Shown here: positions 1-9,108 of the stretch, piece after piece
Layout: each line of letters opens with the position of its first letter
How positions within the stretch are numbered: the stretch's first letter is position 1
DNA from: a bacterium
GTDB taxonomy: Bacteria > Patescibacteriota > Minisyncoccia > Minisyncoccales > GBS-2
Reading direction: 5' to 3'
Assembly (NCBI GenBank): GCA_036803205.1
Contig: DAIRUS010000001.1
Span: 20,290 to 84,289, forward strand
Length of the DNA: 64,000 nucleotides
The notes under the pieces: model-generated
Told to the model about the DNA's origin: nothing
Database searches by the model: none
What the model saw: only the letters and a program-made list of their open reading frames with translations
Program-made: the position numbers and the translations under genes

Positions 1-44
1 AAACTAATGAATTAAGAAAAAAAATCCTTCCAATTAAAGAAAGA

Positions 45-1166
45 ATGGCTAAGCTTTCTTTTGCCTTAAAAATGATGAAAGATTGTCCTTTTGACTCTAT
101 CTTCAGTCGCGATGTTTTCGTTTTTACCACCGATTATCTTCAGAAAAAAGCTCCCGGGGTAAGCTGGCAGGTCTCGCGGGTTCCTTTATTTGAAGGTATT
201 AAGAACCCGAGAAGTAATAGTTTTGTTGATTTCTATTGTCCAAAAACCGGCTTCTACTATCTTTCTCCTTCTCCGGACCAAACAGTTGAGGAAATAGTTA
301 AGTTTTGGGGGGTGTCGGATCTTTCGGAACTTAGTCAGATTATTGGAGGTTGGGAGGAAATATTTACCGAGGCTGAACAGGCAACTTCAGTTTCGCCAGA
401 ATATCAGTTAAATATCAGTTGTCCTTTTTCTATTCCTTTCGGAGAGATGATGGAAAAGTTTTTAGAAATATTAGGAGAAATAATAAAGCAGTTAGAAGGT
501 ATTGTTGATTCTCCCTCAATTCTTCCTCCTAAAATTAACGATTACTATCAACTTACTTTCGAATGCAAGCCAGAGAATTGTTCTCCTTTTTGTCGCTGCG
601 TTTCTGACTGTACTTGCCGGTGTTCTTGTACGGGCAGTTCCTGTCCTCTAATGCTTATAATCCAGTCAGCTCTGATTCACTTTGATTTTTCTGGAATAAA
701 AGATAGAATTAAAAAAATCAATTTTAGCCAGATAGAAAAATGGTTAAATGATTGGGAAAAAATAGAAAAGGAGGTGAGAAAAAGAGAAACACCATTAACA
801 AAACAAGGGATTGAAAACCTTTATCAAAAATTTCCCAATTCGCCAGAAATAGTGGCTTTTGAAATTATGGCTTCAAGAATGCACTATTGTTTAGCTCATG
901 CCATGGAGGTAGAAGCAGGCTGGATGTTATCACCCTGTGATGAATACAAGGAAGGGTGTCTAGCGCCAGATGGGAAAAAAGTTGAAAGTATAGAAGATTG
1001 TAAATGTGAAAAATCGCAAGAATGCAGAAATTCTTATCCAGTCCTCCATTCCTATAAATGTGAATATTTAGCGCCAGCTTTTTGGTTAGCTAAGCTTTTT
1101 AAGTTTGATACTGACAAATGCCATCTCTTCAATTATTTTTGTTGCCGACCATTTGAAAGAAAATGA
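45..1166 (+). CDS. Cys-rich hypothetical protein, first gene of a four-gene co-directional cluster; reading frame is open to the window edge, so the gene may be 5'-partial
   Basis: ORF with no stop between window position 3 and the ATG at 45. Cys-rich segment CSPFCRCVSDCTCRCSCTGSSC. ATGA overlap with the next gene (1163). No recognisable catalytic motif. Confidence 0.5.
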   Translation: MAKLSFALKMMKDCPFDSIFSRDVFVFTTDYLQKKAPGVSWQVSRVPLFEGIKNPRSNSFVDFYCPKTGFYYLSPSPDQTVEEIVKFWGVSDLSELSQIIGGWEEIFTEAEQATSVSPEYQLNISCPFSIPFGEMMEKFLEILGEIIKQLEGIVDSPSILPPKINDYYQLTFECKPENCSPFCRCVSDCTCRCSCTGSSCPLMLIIQSALIHFDFSGIKDRIKKINFSQIEKWLNDWEKIEKEVRKRETPLTKQGIENLYQKFPNSPEIVAFEIMASRMHYCLAHAMEVEAGWMLSPCDEYKEGCLAPDGKKVESIEDCKCEKSQECRNSYPVLHSYKCEYLAPAFWLAKLFKFDTDKCHLFNYFCCRPFERK

Positions 1167-2221
1167 AAAAATATTTTTTTACAATTTTCTTAATCATCCT
1201 CTCACTTTTTCCTCTTTTAATTTTTTCCCGGGATTTAGAAGGGAGATACCCGAGAATTGGCGCTTTAACTCTTACCCCTGATGTTCACCCCATCGTTTAT
1301 GGCCAGTATCTTTTTAACTTTGCTCTGGCAGTGATAGGTATTTTTGCCTTCTTCTCTTTAGTTTGGGCAGGTTTTCAATATCTAACTTCTGCCGGAAATG
1401 TTGAGGTCAAAAGAGCGGCAAAAGAGAGAGTGAAAGCTACTTTTTTGACTTTAGCCATCCTTGCTTTCTCTTATTTAATTTTAACCACTTTTAGAAAAGA
1501 GTGGGAAAGAATGGCCTTAATTAGCCCCACTTTAGTAGGAACACCGCCTACTTATCCCACTTATCAATATACTGCTGACCCTTTACTTCATGTTCGCAAT
1601 ACCGCTAAAACAATGAAGGAAATAATAGAAAGTATTAAAGAAGAAAGTAATGATTTTAAAACCTTGCTTGACAATTGTACCTGTGGAAATCTTATTAACA
1701 TTTGTAGTTTTGCTCCAGGTTGTAAAAATGTTGGTTGTGCCGGCGATCCCTGCCCTAATCGCCAAGACATTGAAGAAGAGCAAATAAAACTCAGGTTAAA
1801 ATTAGAAGAGCTTCTTTTTTATCACCGGCTTTTAGTCGATGCTACTACTAAAAAAAATTTGACGGCTGCTTTATGGGGACGTCAGCCAACTCCTCAAATT
1901 GAAAATCAACTCGAAGCTCTTAGGAATTTGGTAGCCAAATTAGAAAACCCTATAAGTAAACTTCGACCCTTAATTCCAGATTATACAAATCTGGCTAATG
2001 AGTGTGAAATTGAAGATCATTGTGAAGGCCAATGCCATACGTTGGCAACAAACAGTATCACCAAATGTTCCCCCGCAACCGCTAATTGCTACTCAAAAAG
2101 TGGTACACCCCTTTGTCCTATGACAAAAGTAAATAATATAAATAGTAATATCAATAATTTGGCTGGGGAAATTGCCAATATCCTCAACGAAATCGAATCT
2201 TTTTCTCTTGGGTTTCAATAA
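1163..2221 (+). CDS. secreted/membrane Cys-rich protein with a VirB2/TrbC-pilin-like module (signal peptide + TM1-SAGN-loop-TM2) and a Cys-rich C-terminal domain
   Basis: N-terminal signal peptide MKKYFFTIFLIILSLFPLLIFS, then hydrophobic helix ...FQYLTSAGN, amphipathic loop VEVKRAAKERVKA, and second hydrophobic helix TFLTLAILAFSYLILTTF. Paralogous to modules in genes 2223-4202 and 4204-5745. The VirB2/TrbC assignment is inferred from architecture only. Confidence 0.55.
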   Translation: MKKYFFTIFLIILSLFPLLIFSRDLEGRYPRIGALTLTPDVHPIVYGQYLFNFALAVIGIFAFFSLVWAGFQYLTSAGNVEVKRAAKERVKATFLTLAILAFSYLILTTFRKEWERMALISPTLVGTPPTYPTYQYTADPLLHVRNTAKTMKEIIESIKEESNDFKTLLDNCTCGNLINICSFAPGCKNVGCAGDPCPNRQDIEEEQIKLRLKLEELLFYHRLLVDATTKKNLTAALWGRQPTPQIENQLEALRNLVAKLENPISKLRPLIPDYTNLANECEIEDHCEGQCHTLATNSITKCSPATANCYSKSGTPLCPMTKVNNINSNINNLAGEIANILNEIESFSLGFQ

Positions 2222-2222
2222 A

Positions 2223-4202
2223 ATGGGGAAGATAAATAAAAAAAAGCTTTCTTTTTTTCTTCTTTTTTTAGTTCCTTGGATAGCTTTGGCTCAGCCCAGC
2301 TTTGAAATTGACTATCCATTGATAACTGGATTTCCCACCCCAACTTTAGGAGGAAAAGTTTCGGCTCAAGATTTGGCTAATTATATCCAATATATTTTCT
2401 ATTTTGCCATTTTAGCTGGTATTATTTTGGCTCTGGTAATTTTAGTTTTAGGGGGTCTTCGCTATCTCTATTCAGCAGGAAATCCCCAGGTTCAATCCCA
2501 AGCCAGAAGCCAAATAACCAATGCTCTTGTTGGCCTTATTTTACTTTTAGTTTCTTATACCCTTCTCGTTACTATTCGACCCGAATTTGGCAAAGTGGTA
2601 CCGGTTCAACTGCGGGAAGCGAAAATAGTAGTTAATACCTTAAGAAGAGTAAGAAGAACTCTACCTTGGCGGGAAATAGTTGAACAGCTTGAACCATCAT
2701 TCGTTCCCCTGGAAGTAACCTATCCGACAGCCGGCGGATTTAGACCCGAGTTTATTCCTTTTACCACCCCGGCAGCTCCCCACCTTTATCCTTTGGAAAA
2801 ATTAGTTGCCCGCTATGGAAGATACCTTTATGATTTTAGTTTTATGGTTGGAGTTATCTTGGCTCTTCTTTTTATAATTATCGGCGGAATAAAACATTTA
2901 ACTGCTGCTGGAAACATTGCTCAGACTGCTGATGCCAGAGACCAAATTTTTTCTTCTCTTTTGGGCTTACTTTTACTCTTAGGTTCTTATCTCATTCTAA
3001 CTTCCTTTCGACCAGAATTTGCCACCATTGACCCGGCAGAATTAGAAGAAACAGAAATAGAAATAGAACCAGGGGTTTATCTTTGTACTCATCCAATGGA
3101 TAATAATATAAACAATGATTTAATGGCCAGGGTTTGTCGCTGTCGGGACTTAAAAACTTTATCTCAAACTTATGGAGGAGGCGAGTTTATAAATCAGTAT
3201 AATAAAGAATGTTTCTTCACAAAAAGACAAAAAAAAGAACTTTCTACCTTTATTTCCCTCAATTGTTTCTTAATTCAAAGTTCAGAAACCCTACCTCCGG
3301 AGTTAATTGGCGAACCGGTTGATATAAAGAAAGTAGAAGAAGAACTAGAAAAATTAAAAGAAAAAAAATTAATTAGCGATGATGAATACAACGAGATTGT
3401 TAATGGATGGAGAGAGTATAATGCGTCTCGATCAGTAGTAGCCTTTACTGCCCTTTATATTAATGGAAATTATGGAGTTATTTTGCACCAAGAAAAAGAT
3501 TTTAAAGGAAGAGGAGATATAATTATGAAACATGACTTCAAAAACGCGCTTCTTCACTTTTTTCCGGGAAACGAAAGTTTTATTAGATATAGCGATGGGA
3601 TTGTTCACAAGCTGAATACGAATTATTTTTATCGCCATGATCCAAAGACCATTAACCTTTCGTCTTTTAAGTCTGTGACTCTTTTTGAAGATAGGGTGGT
3701 AGATTGCGTCTTAAAAACACCGGCGAAAGATTTCTTTGTCGATATTTCAGATTGTCTTGAAATAAAAAATTTTGACGATGTTACATTTTTTTTCTATAAC
3801 GTTCCTGACTTTGGAACTCTGGAAGAAAAAGAGAAAAATCTTGGATATATTGTAATGCAGTGGGCTGAATTTTTCTCTACTACAGGCGGACGCGCAGCAT
3901 TACATACTCTAGCACGTGGTGGCCATGGAGGAAATGTTAACTTATTAACAGATCTGCTCCGAAACCCAATTTATTCTCTCAAACTGCCGGCAGAAGAAAG
4001 ATGGATTGTCGTGGTTGGAGCACATACGTCAAACCAAACAAATGTGCTGGCTCCTTTTTTCTCAAAACTTTATGTTTTAAATAAAAGTGAAAGAAACTTT
4101 GAGGCAACTTATGTCCGAAGTTTCTGTCAAAAAGGTGATCGGGAATATCCCTGTATTAGCCATTTTTTCGCTTATCCAGGGAAAATGGTTAGACAAAAGT
4201 AA
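2223..4202 (+). CDS. secreted Cys-rich protein carrying two tandem copies of the pilin-like module and a large C-terminal domain
   Basis: Signal peptide MGKINKKKLSFFLLFLVPWIALA|QP. Module 1: EIDYP...LRYLYSAGNPQVQSQARSQITNALVGLILLLVSYTLLVTIRPEF. Module 2: EVTYP...IKHLTAAGNIAQTADARDQIFSSLLGLLLLLGSYLILTSFRPEF. C-terminal GNYGVILHQEKDFKG...YPCISHFFAYPG matches the gene 4204-5745 C-terminus. Start taken at MGK, 1 nt after the upstream stop. Confidence 0.6.
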   Translation: MGKINKKKLSFFLLFLVPWIALAQPSFEIDYPLITGFPTPTLGGKVSAQDLANYIQYIFYFAILAGIILALVILVLGGLRYLYSAGNPQVQSQARSQITNALVGLILLLVSYTLLVTIRPEFGKVVPVQLREAKIVVNTLRRVRRTLPWREIVEQLEPSFVPLEVTYPTAGGFRPEFIPFTTPAAPHLYPLEKLVARYGRYLYDFSFMVGVILALLFIIIGGIKHLTAAGNIAQTADARDQIFSSLLGLLLLLGSYLILTSFRPEFATIDPAELEETEIEIEPGVYLCTHPMDNNINNDLMARVCRCRDLKTLSQTYGGGEFINQYNKECFFTKRQKKELSTFISLNCFLIQSSETLPPELIGEPVDIKKVEEELEKLKEKKLISDDEYNEIVNGWREYNASRSVVAFTALYINGNYGVILHQEKDFKGRGDIIMKHDFKNALLHFFPGNESFIRYSDGIVHKLNTNYFYRHDPKTINLSSFKSVTLFEDRVVDCVLKTPAKDFFVDISDCLEIKNFDDVTFFFYNVPDFGTLEEKEKNLGYIVMQWAEFFSTTGGRAALHTLARGGHGGNVNLLTDLLRNPIYSLKLPAEERWIVVVGAHTSNQTNVLAPFFSKLYVLNKSERNFEATYVRSFCQKGDREYPCISHFFAYPGKMVRQK

Positions 4203-4203
4203 A

Positions 4204-5745
4204 ATGAAAAAAATAATTTTAATTTTGTTTTTGATTTTACCCTGGGAAGTTTTTGCCCAAACTTTTCCTTTTGAGGTTACTTATCCGAGACTTGGACCAG
4301 TTACTCTTCCTTCTCCTCAAGTTGTAGTTGAAGACCCAGGTTATTACATCAGATACCTTTACCAGGCAGGAGTAATTGCTGGTGTTGTTCTTGCTCTTTT
4401 TTCTCTTGCTTTCGGTGGTTTTCTTTTTCTTTTTTCAGCCGGAAATGTTAGTCGACAAATAGAATCCAAAGATCGAATCGCTGGTGCTTTTGTCGGCCTT
4501 TTTCTTTTACTTTCTTCTTTTTTAATTTTGAGGACAATTAACCCTGAATTTACAAGATTCCAATTCAGAAGACCCCCATACCCTTTTACCGAAATTGAAG
4601 AAGGTGTCTGGCTTTGTCAGAAGGAAATTAAGGAAACTTACCAAATGAATAATATAGAACATACTTTGACTTTTGAAGCTTATATCGAATCAAGAAGATC
4701 TATAAGAGAGTATTGGTGGCCAAGCCTTGAGATAGAAGAACAAAAAGCCATTCATAATCTTTATTATAATGTCCATAGCAATTGCCATTTAATTTCTATT
4801 AGTCAAGAATTGCCAGAAAATTTTAGAAGAGCCAGACATGTCTATATTGTTGGAAATTATGGAATAGTTTTTCACCGTTTTCCAAACTTCAAAGGTCCCT
4901 ACAAATTAGTGGCGCTTGAGCGAAAGATGTATCTTGATTTGGATAAGAATATAAATCAAATTGAAAGTGGACCTCGACCTCTGTCTTACTTTGTTTTGCG
5001 TAATGAAGAAATTCCCAATTTTTCCGTGACCTTATTTAAAGACTTTAGATTAGATTATCTGGACTCCTTTGCTGTTGACAAGCGGTTATTACCTTTTCAG
5101 GAATATAGGGGAGAGTTCCCACGGCAAGGAACTATCACCTTTTATACTTTCCGAAACTTTCATGAAGATTTGCCTTCCAAATTCCAGAAGCCTGAGAGCA
5201 CTTGCCCTTCTTTCCGAGACCATCAAGGCTTTCCTCGAGAAACTCAAAAATGTTTTAAAACCTATGAGTTTAAAATCGAAAATTTCTTTGTTACCTTTAA
5301 CCAACAGCCCTTTACTGTTAAGATAGGTAATGATTCATTTATAGAAAATTTTTGGGTAGGCACTGTTTCTCTACATTATATTGGCACTATTGATGGTGGA
5401 AAAATTACCAACGGAGTTGAACTGGACAGCTGTTATTCTCTCAAGATTGATACCCCAGGAAAATACTATGAAGGTAAATCTTGGTGGATAGTAATTGTTA
5501 GAGGATATCCTCGGGAAGACTCTTCATCTCTACCTCTACCACCCGTCGACTTAAACATAGATTTGAGGATCTGGGCAATGCAACAACCTCACTTTTGGGG
5601 TGAAGCTTTTGATAAGAGCGACCGAAACCTTGAAGATAATTATGTTTCCTTTTTTTGCGAGGACAAAGCCAGACAAAAAAGATATCCCTGTGTTCACACA
5701 GCAATTGTTTTCCCTGGAAGAATAATTAAGGAAGTAGAAAGATAG
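4204..5745 (+). CDS. secreted Cys-rich protein with one pilin-like module, paralog of 2223-4202
   Basis: Signal peptide MKKIILILFLILPWEVFA|QT. Module: EVTYP...FLFLFSAGNVSRQIESKDRIAGAFVGLFLLLSSFLILRTINPEF, followed by EIEEGVWLC. C-terminal GNYGIVFHRFPNFKG...YPCVHTAIVFPG is paralogous to the previous gene. Start at MKK, 1 nt after the upstream stop. Confidence 0.6.
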   Translation: MKKIILILFLILPWEVFAQTFPFEVTYPRLGPVTLPSPQVVVEDPGYYIRYLYQAGVIAGVVLALFSLAFGGFLFLFSAGNVSRQIESKDRIAGAFVGLFLLLSSFLILRTINPEFTRFQFRRPPYPFTEIEEGVWLCQKEIKETYQMNNIEHTLTFEAYIESRRSIREYWWPSLEIEEQKAIHNLYYNVHSNCHLISISQELPENFRRARHVYIVGNYGIVFHRFPNFKGPYKLVALERKMYLDLDKNINQIESGPRPLSYFVLRNEEIPNFSVTLFKDFRLDYLDSFAVDKRLLPFQEYRGEFPRQGTITFYTFRNFHEDLPSKFQKPESTCPSFRDHQGFPRETQKCFKTYEFKIENFFVTFNQQPFTVKIGNDSFIENFWVGTVSLHYIGTIDGGKITNGVELDSCYSLKIDTPGKYYEGKSWWIVIVRGYPREDSSSLPLPPVDLNIDLRIWAMQQPHFWGEAFDKSDRNLEDNYVSFFCEDKARQKRYPCVHTAIVFPGRIIKEVER

Positions 5746-5746
5746 T

Positions 5747-6238
5747 TTAAGGATAGGGTCTGATGATGACCTTTCTTTCTGGTTCTTTTCCAGTGCTTTG
5801 GGTGGTAACATCTCCTCTGCCGGCTAATTCCAAATGAATGATTCTTCTTTCATAAGCTGGCATCGGTGGCAAAACTTTTTCTTTTTTGGTTAAAGCTACT
5901 TCGTCGGCTAAACTTTTGGCTAAATCTTTTAAGTATTTAATTTTTTTCTTTTTATAATCATTAATATCCAAATCAATATAAAAAACTTCTTTCTCTCCAA
6001 AAAGAGAAGTTACATTGAAGGACTGACGTCTCCTTTTCAAAATCGCCTTGAGAAGGTGTTGAATTTCCAGCAGCGTTTGTCCACCCTCTCCAATTAAAAG
6101 CTGGGAGTCATCACTGGTCAGATTAATCGGTAAAGTTAAATCTTTAGGAAGACCTATCTCAATTTTTACCTCAAAGCCCATTTTTTGGAAAAATTCGCTA
6201 ACAATTTTTTTTATTTCTTCTAGATTTTGAGTCTTCAT
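5747..6238 (-). CDS. jag: Jag/KhpB RNA-binding protein (KH + R3H domains)
   Basis: KH-like N-terminus and R3H-like ERRIIHLELAGRGDVTTQSTGKEPERKVIIRP. Canonical position downstream of yidC. Confidence 0.75.
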   Translation of the reverse strand: MKTQNLEEIKKIVSEFFQKMGFEVKIEIGLPKDLTLPINLTSDDSQLLIGEGGQTLLEIQHLLKAILKRRRQSFNVTSLFGEKEVFYIDLDINDYKKKKIKYLKDLAKSLADEVALTKKEKVLPPMPAYERRIIHLELAGRGDVTTQSTGKEPERKVIIRPYP

Positions 6239-6981
6239 GTTTTTAAAATAAGTTTTTGCTGAATAATGGAATAAAGCGAGCTAACCGACCAATAAAGGGC
6301 AATGGCTGATGGCAATTGAATTAAGATGAAAAAAGAAAAAAAGATTAAAAAATAAGTCATTTGTTTTTGAAATAACTGGGGAAAATTTTTTGAACCAGCT
6401 TCTTTTTTCATTTTTGGTTGAGCGGTCCGCATTTGGAGAAAAGACAAAACGGTTGCCAAAATTATCAAAGGAAAAACTGGCCAATAATAGGTTATTTGGC
6501 TTTCAACGGTTAGACTAAAGGATTTAGAAAGGTCTAAAATCCCTAAAAAGAAGGGGGAAATAGTGGTTGGTTTTGGAACAAAATGATAAAGATTTTTTAG
6601 TTCTAGCTCGGCCAAGCCATTACCAAAGGCTCTTAAAACCAAAAAAAGGGCAATCATTACCGGTATTTGAATCAGAGGAAATAAAAATCCACCAAAGGGG
6701 TTGACTTTTTTCTCTCGCCAAAGTTTAAGCGTTTCTTGAACTTGTTTTTCTTTGTCGCCATTATATTTCTTTTGAATTTCCTGAAGTTGAGGCTGAATTT
6801 CTTGTATTGCCTTCTGAATCTTTAAAGAACGAGTCACAAAAGGATGTAAAATAAGCCTGATAAGAAGGGTTAAAAAAATAATCGCTATTCCCAAATCATG
6901 GCCGGGTAAAAACTGGACAAATAAAATCAAAAGATTAAAGATGGGCCGATAGAATATTGTATTAAAAATTTCTCCAATCAT
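6235..6981 (-). CDS. yidC: membrane protein insertase YidC (short form)
   Basis: Polytopic protein with YidC/Oxa1-like core (PFGGFLFPLIQIPVMIALFLVLR). Lies within rnpA-yidC-jag synteny. Confidence 0.8.
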   Translation of the reverse strand: MIGEIFNTIFYRPIFNLLILFVQFLPGHDLGIAIIFLTLLIRLILHPFVTRSLKIQKAIQEIQPQLQEIQKKYNGDKEKQVQETLKLWREKKVNPFGGFLFPLIQIPVMIALFLVLRAFGNGLAELELKNLYHFVPKPTTISPFFLGILDLSKSFSLTVESQITYYWPVFPLIILATVLSFLQMRTAQPKMKKEAGSKNFPQLFQKQMTYFLIFFSFFILIQLPSAIALYWSVSSLYSIIQQKLILKT

Positions 6982-7313
6982 AGATTAATTTTTTTAAAGA
7001 AATTACTAATTATCTCTTTTATTTCCAAAAATTTTTGATTTTCAATTCCGGGAAGGGCAATGAAAATAGCGTCTATTCCTTTTTTAAAACCCTTTATTTC
7101 TCCCCTGACTGCTTCCGTCATTCTCCTTTTAATTTTATTGCGCAAAACCGCCTTTTTGGAAATTTTTTGAGAGACGATAAAGCCAAATCGGCTATAACCT
7201 AAATTATTTGATAGAAACTTAATAATTAAAAACTTTTCTTTAAAACTTTTTCCTTCTTTAAAGATCTTTTCAAAATCTTTTTTCTTTTTCAATCGATTCT
7301 TCTTTGCTAACAT
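6978..7313 (-). CDS. rnpA: ribonuclease P protein component
   Basis: Basic 111-aa protein, LAKKNRLKKKKDFEKIF...RNKIKRRMTEAVR. Located downstream of rpmH. Confidence 0.8.
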   Translation of the reverse strand: MLAKKNRLKKKKDFEKIFKEGKSFKEKFLIIKFLSNNLGYSRFGFIVSQKISKKAVLRNKIKRRMTEAVRGEIKGFKKGIDAIFIALPGIENQKFLEIKEIISNFFKKINL

Positions 7314-7323
7314 TTTTAGGAGC

Positions 7324-7458
7324 TCAAACTGTTAACCGCCAACGACCTTTCTTTTTTCGACGCAGTAAAACTTTCCTTCCACCAGAAGTAAGCTTTCTTT
7401 TTCTGAAGCCGTGAGTTTTTTTTCTTTTTCTCTTTTTCGGACGATAAGTAATTGACAT
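7324..7458 (-). CDS. rpmH: 50S ribosomal protein L34 (44 aa), absent from the ORF track because it is under 60 aa
   Basis: Manual minus-strand translation gives [44 protein letters not shown], then TGA. This is the canonical L34 sequence and C-terminus, upstream of rnpA. Confidence 0.9.
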   Translation of the reverse strand: MSITYRPKKRKRKKTHGFRKRKLTSGGRKVLLRRKKKGRWRLTV

Positions 7459-7491
7459 ATCATCTATTTTACTCCGTCAAAATATTTAAGT

Positions 7492-7500
7492 CAATCCACA
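7492..7500. promoter_or_regulatory. weak DnaA-box-like 9-mer (CAATCCACA, 7/9 to TTATCCACA) in the AT-rich rpmH/dnaA divergent intergenic region
   Basis: Direct sequence match. The region 7459-7604 is AT-rich and lies between rpmH and dnaA. Confidence 0.3.
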
Positions 7501-7604
7501 ATTTTTACCCAGTTTATTAACAAAATTTAGCTTTTTGGCTGTCTTTACTTCTTCTTGACTTTATAATATGATATATAAAGTATTCTTAATTTGGGCTCAC
7601 TCAT

Positions 7605-8960
7605 ATGACCAAAGAAGAACTCTGGCAAGCAGTTTTAGCCCAGATTCAACTAACTATTTCTCCGGCTAATTTTGCTACCTGGTTTAAAGACACGGCAATT
7701 GTTTCCCTTCAAGACGGAGTGGCTTTTATCTCTGTTCCAAATTCTTTCGTTAAAGAATGGCTTGAACAAAAATATAACAAAACTATTTTCAAAATTCTTC
7801 ACAGTTTAGATGAAGGAATTAAAGAGATAAAATACGATTTGGGTAAACCCCGACCAAAAATAATTAAAAAAAGTTTTCCCGTCTTGCCAGAAGAAGGTCA
7901 GTTAGAATTTCCCGAATTTAAAGTTGACAAAGAAACAAATCTTAACCCAAGATATACTTTCGATAATTTTATTGTTGGACCGTGTAATGAATTAGCTCAG
8001 GCTGCCGCCTGGGCTGTCTCCCAAAATCCTGGCCAGATTTACAATCCTCTTTTTATTTACGGTGGAGTTGGCTTAGGAAAAACTCATTTGCTCCAAGCAA
8101 TTGGCAATGAAATAGTTAAAAAATTAAATCAAAGAAAAGTTAGATATGTCCAAACAGAAAAATTTATTTCCAATGTCATTTCAGCCATCCGCAACCACCA
8201 AATCGAACAACTTAAGGCACTATATCAACCGATTGACGTTCTTATTATTGATGATATTCAATTTTTAGCCGGAAAAGAAAAAACTCAAGAAGAGTTTTTT
8301 TATATCTTTAATTCTCTCTATGAAAAAAACAAACAAATCGTTCTTTCTTCCGACCGTTCTCCAAAAGCCATTCCAGCTTTAACCGAAAGGCTAAGGTCTC
8401 GGTTTGAAGGAGGAATGATTGCCGATATTACTTTTCCCGATTTTGAAACCAGGATGGCTATTTTAAAAGCAAAGTGTCAAGAAAGAAAAGGTGAATTTTC
8501 CGATGAAATATTAAATTATATTGCCTCAAATATTCAAAGGAATATTAGAAAATTAGAAGGGGCTTTAAACATTTTACTTGCCCACCGAAAACTTCAAGGA
8601 GATTCGCCCAACCTAGAAACAGCCAAGTCATTACTGAAAGACCTCGTCTTATCTCCAGTAAGAGTTATTAATCCAAAAGAAGTCGTCAGGGCAGTGGCTG
8701 ATTTCTATGATTTAAAGGAAAAAGATCTATTTTCTTCCTCTCGAAAAAAAGAAATTGTCAAACCAAGGCAAATAGCTATGTATCTATTAAGGGAAGAATT
8801 AAAAAACTCTTTCCCTTTTATTGGAAGAAAGTTCGGTGGAAAAGACCACACTACCGCCATTCATGCCTATGAAAAAATCTCCAAAGAAATAGAAAAAAAC
8901 GAAAACCTTCGCGAGGAAATTGCCTTAATTAAACAAAGATTTATTAGTGGAGAAATTTAA
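7605..8960 (+). CDS. dnaA: chromosomal replication initiator protein DnaA
   Basis: AAA+ Walker A GGVGLGKTHLLQAIGNE, Walker B LIIDDIQFL, C-terminal DNA-binding domain. 451 aa. Confidence 0.95.
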   Translation: MTKEELWQAVLAQIQLTISPANFATWFKDTAIVSLQDGVAFISVPNSFVKEWLEQKYNKTIFKILHSLDEGIKEIKYDLGKPRPKIIKKSFPVLPEEGQLEFPEFKVDKETNLNPRYTFDNFIVGPCNELAQAAAWAVSQNPGQIYNPLFIYGGVGLGKTHLLQAIGNEIVKKLNQRKVRYVQTEKFISNVISAIRNHQIEQLKALYQPIDVLIIDDIQFLAGKEKTQEEFFYIFNSLYEKNKQIVLSSDRSPKAIPALTERLRSRFEGGMIADITFPDFETRMAILKAKCQERKGEFSDEILNYIASNIQRNIRKLEGALNILLAHRKLQGDSPNLETAKSLLKDLVLSPVRVINPKEVVRAVADFYDLKEKDLFSSSRKKEIVKPRQIAMYLLREELKNSFPFIGRKFGGKDHTTAIHAYEKISKEIEKNENLREEIALIKQRFISGEI

Positions 8961-9010
8961 AAAAAACAGTGGAAAAAAAGGGTAAAAATATTGGCCGCAA
9001 ATTTCCTAAC

Positions 9011-9043
9011 TTATCAACACTTAATTTCCTTAATTTATCCACA
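9011..9043. promoter_or_regulatory. two DnaA boxes in the dnaA-dnaN intergenic region, candidate oriC element
   Basis: TTATCAACA at 9011-9019 and perfect consensus TTATCCACA at 9035-9043, in the same orientation, within the AT-rich spacer 8961-9108. Confidence 0.7.
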
Positions 9044-9108
9044 CTTTTGTTGGTGTTAAAACAACGTATTTCTCTTAATTTTGTCAAAAACAACAACAAT
9101 TAAACTAT

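Noticed and set aside
1583-1783. Short antisense ORFs from the six-frame track inside larger genes (1583-1783, 1588-1770, 3432-3638, 5069-5326, 5089-5304, 5498-5704, 5551-5811, 6281-6484, 10343-10531, 14404-14688, 14911-15165, 15584-15793, 18480-18665, 20456-20668, 21838-22032, 24355-24573, 24609-24902, 25055-25273, 26441-26662, 27471-27773, 27700-27996 and others)
   Set aside because: All are fully nested in, or antisense to, strongly supported genes. All are 60-120 aa of low-complexity sequence typical of AT-rich genomes.
7545-7575. TTGACT / TATAAT-like hexamers upstream of dnaA as a sigma70 promoter
   Set aside because: Spacing between the best -35 and -10 candidates is 1 or 11 nt, not 16-18. 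I could not define a convincing promoter by eye.
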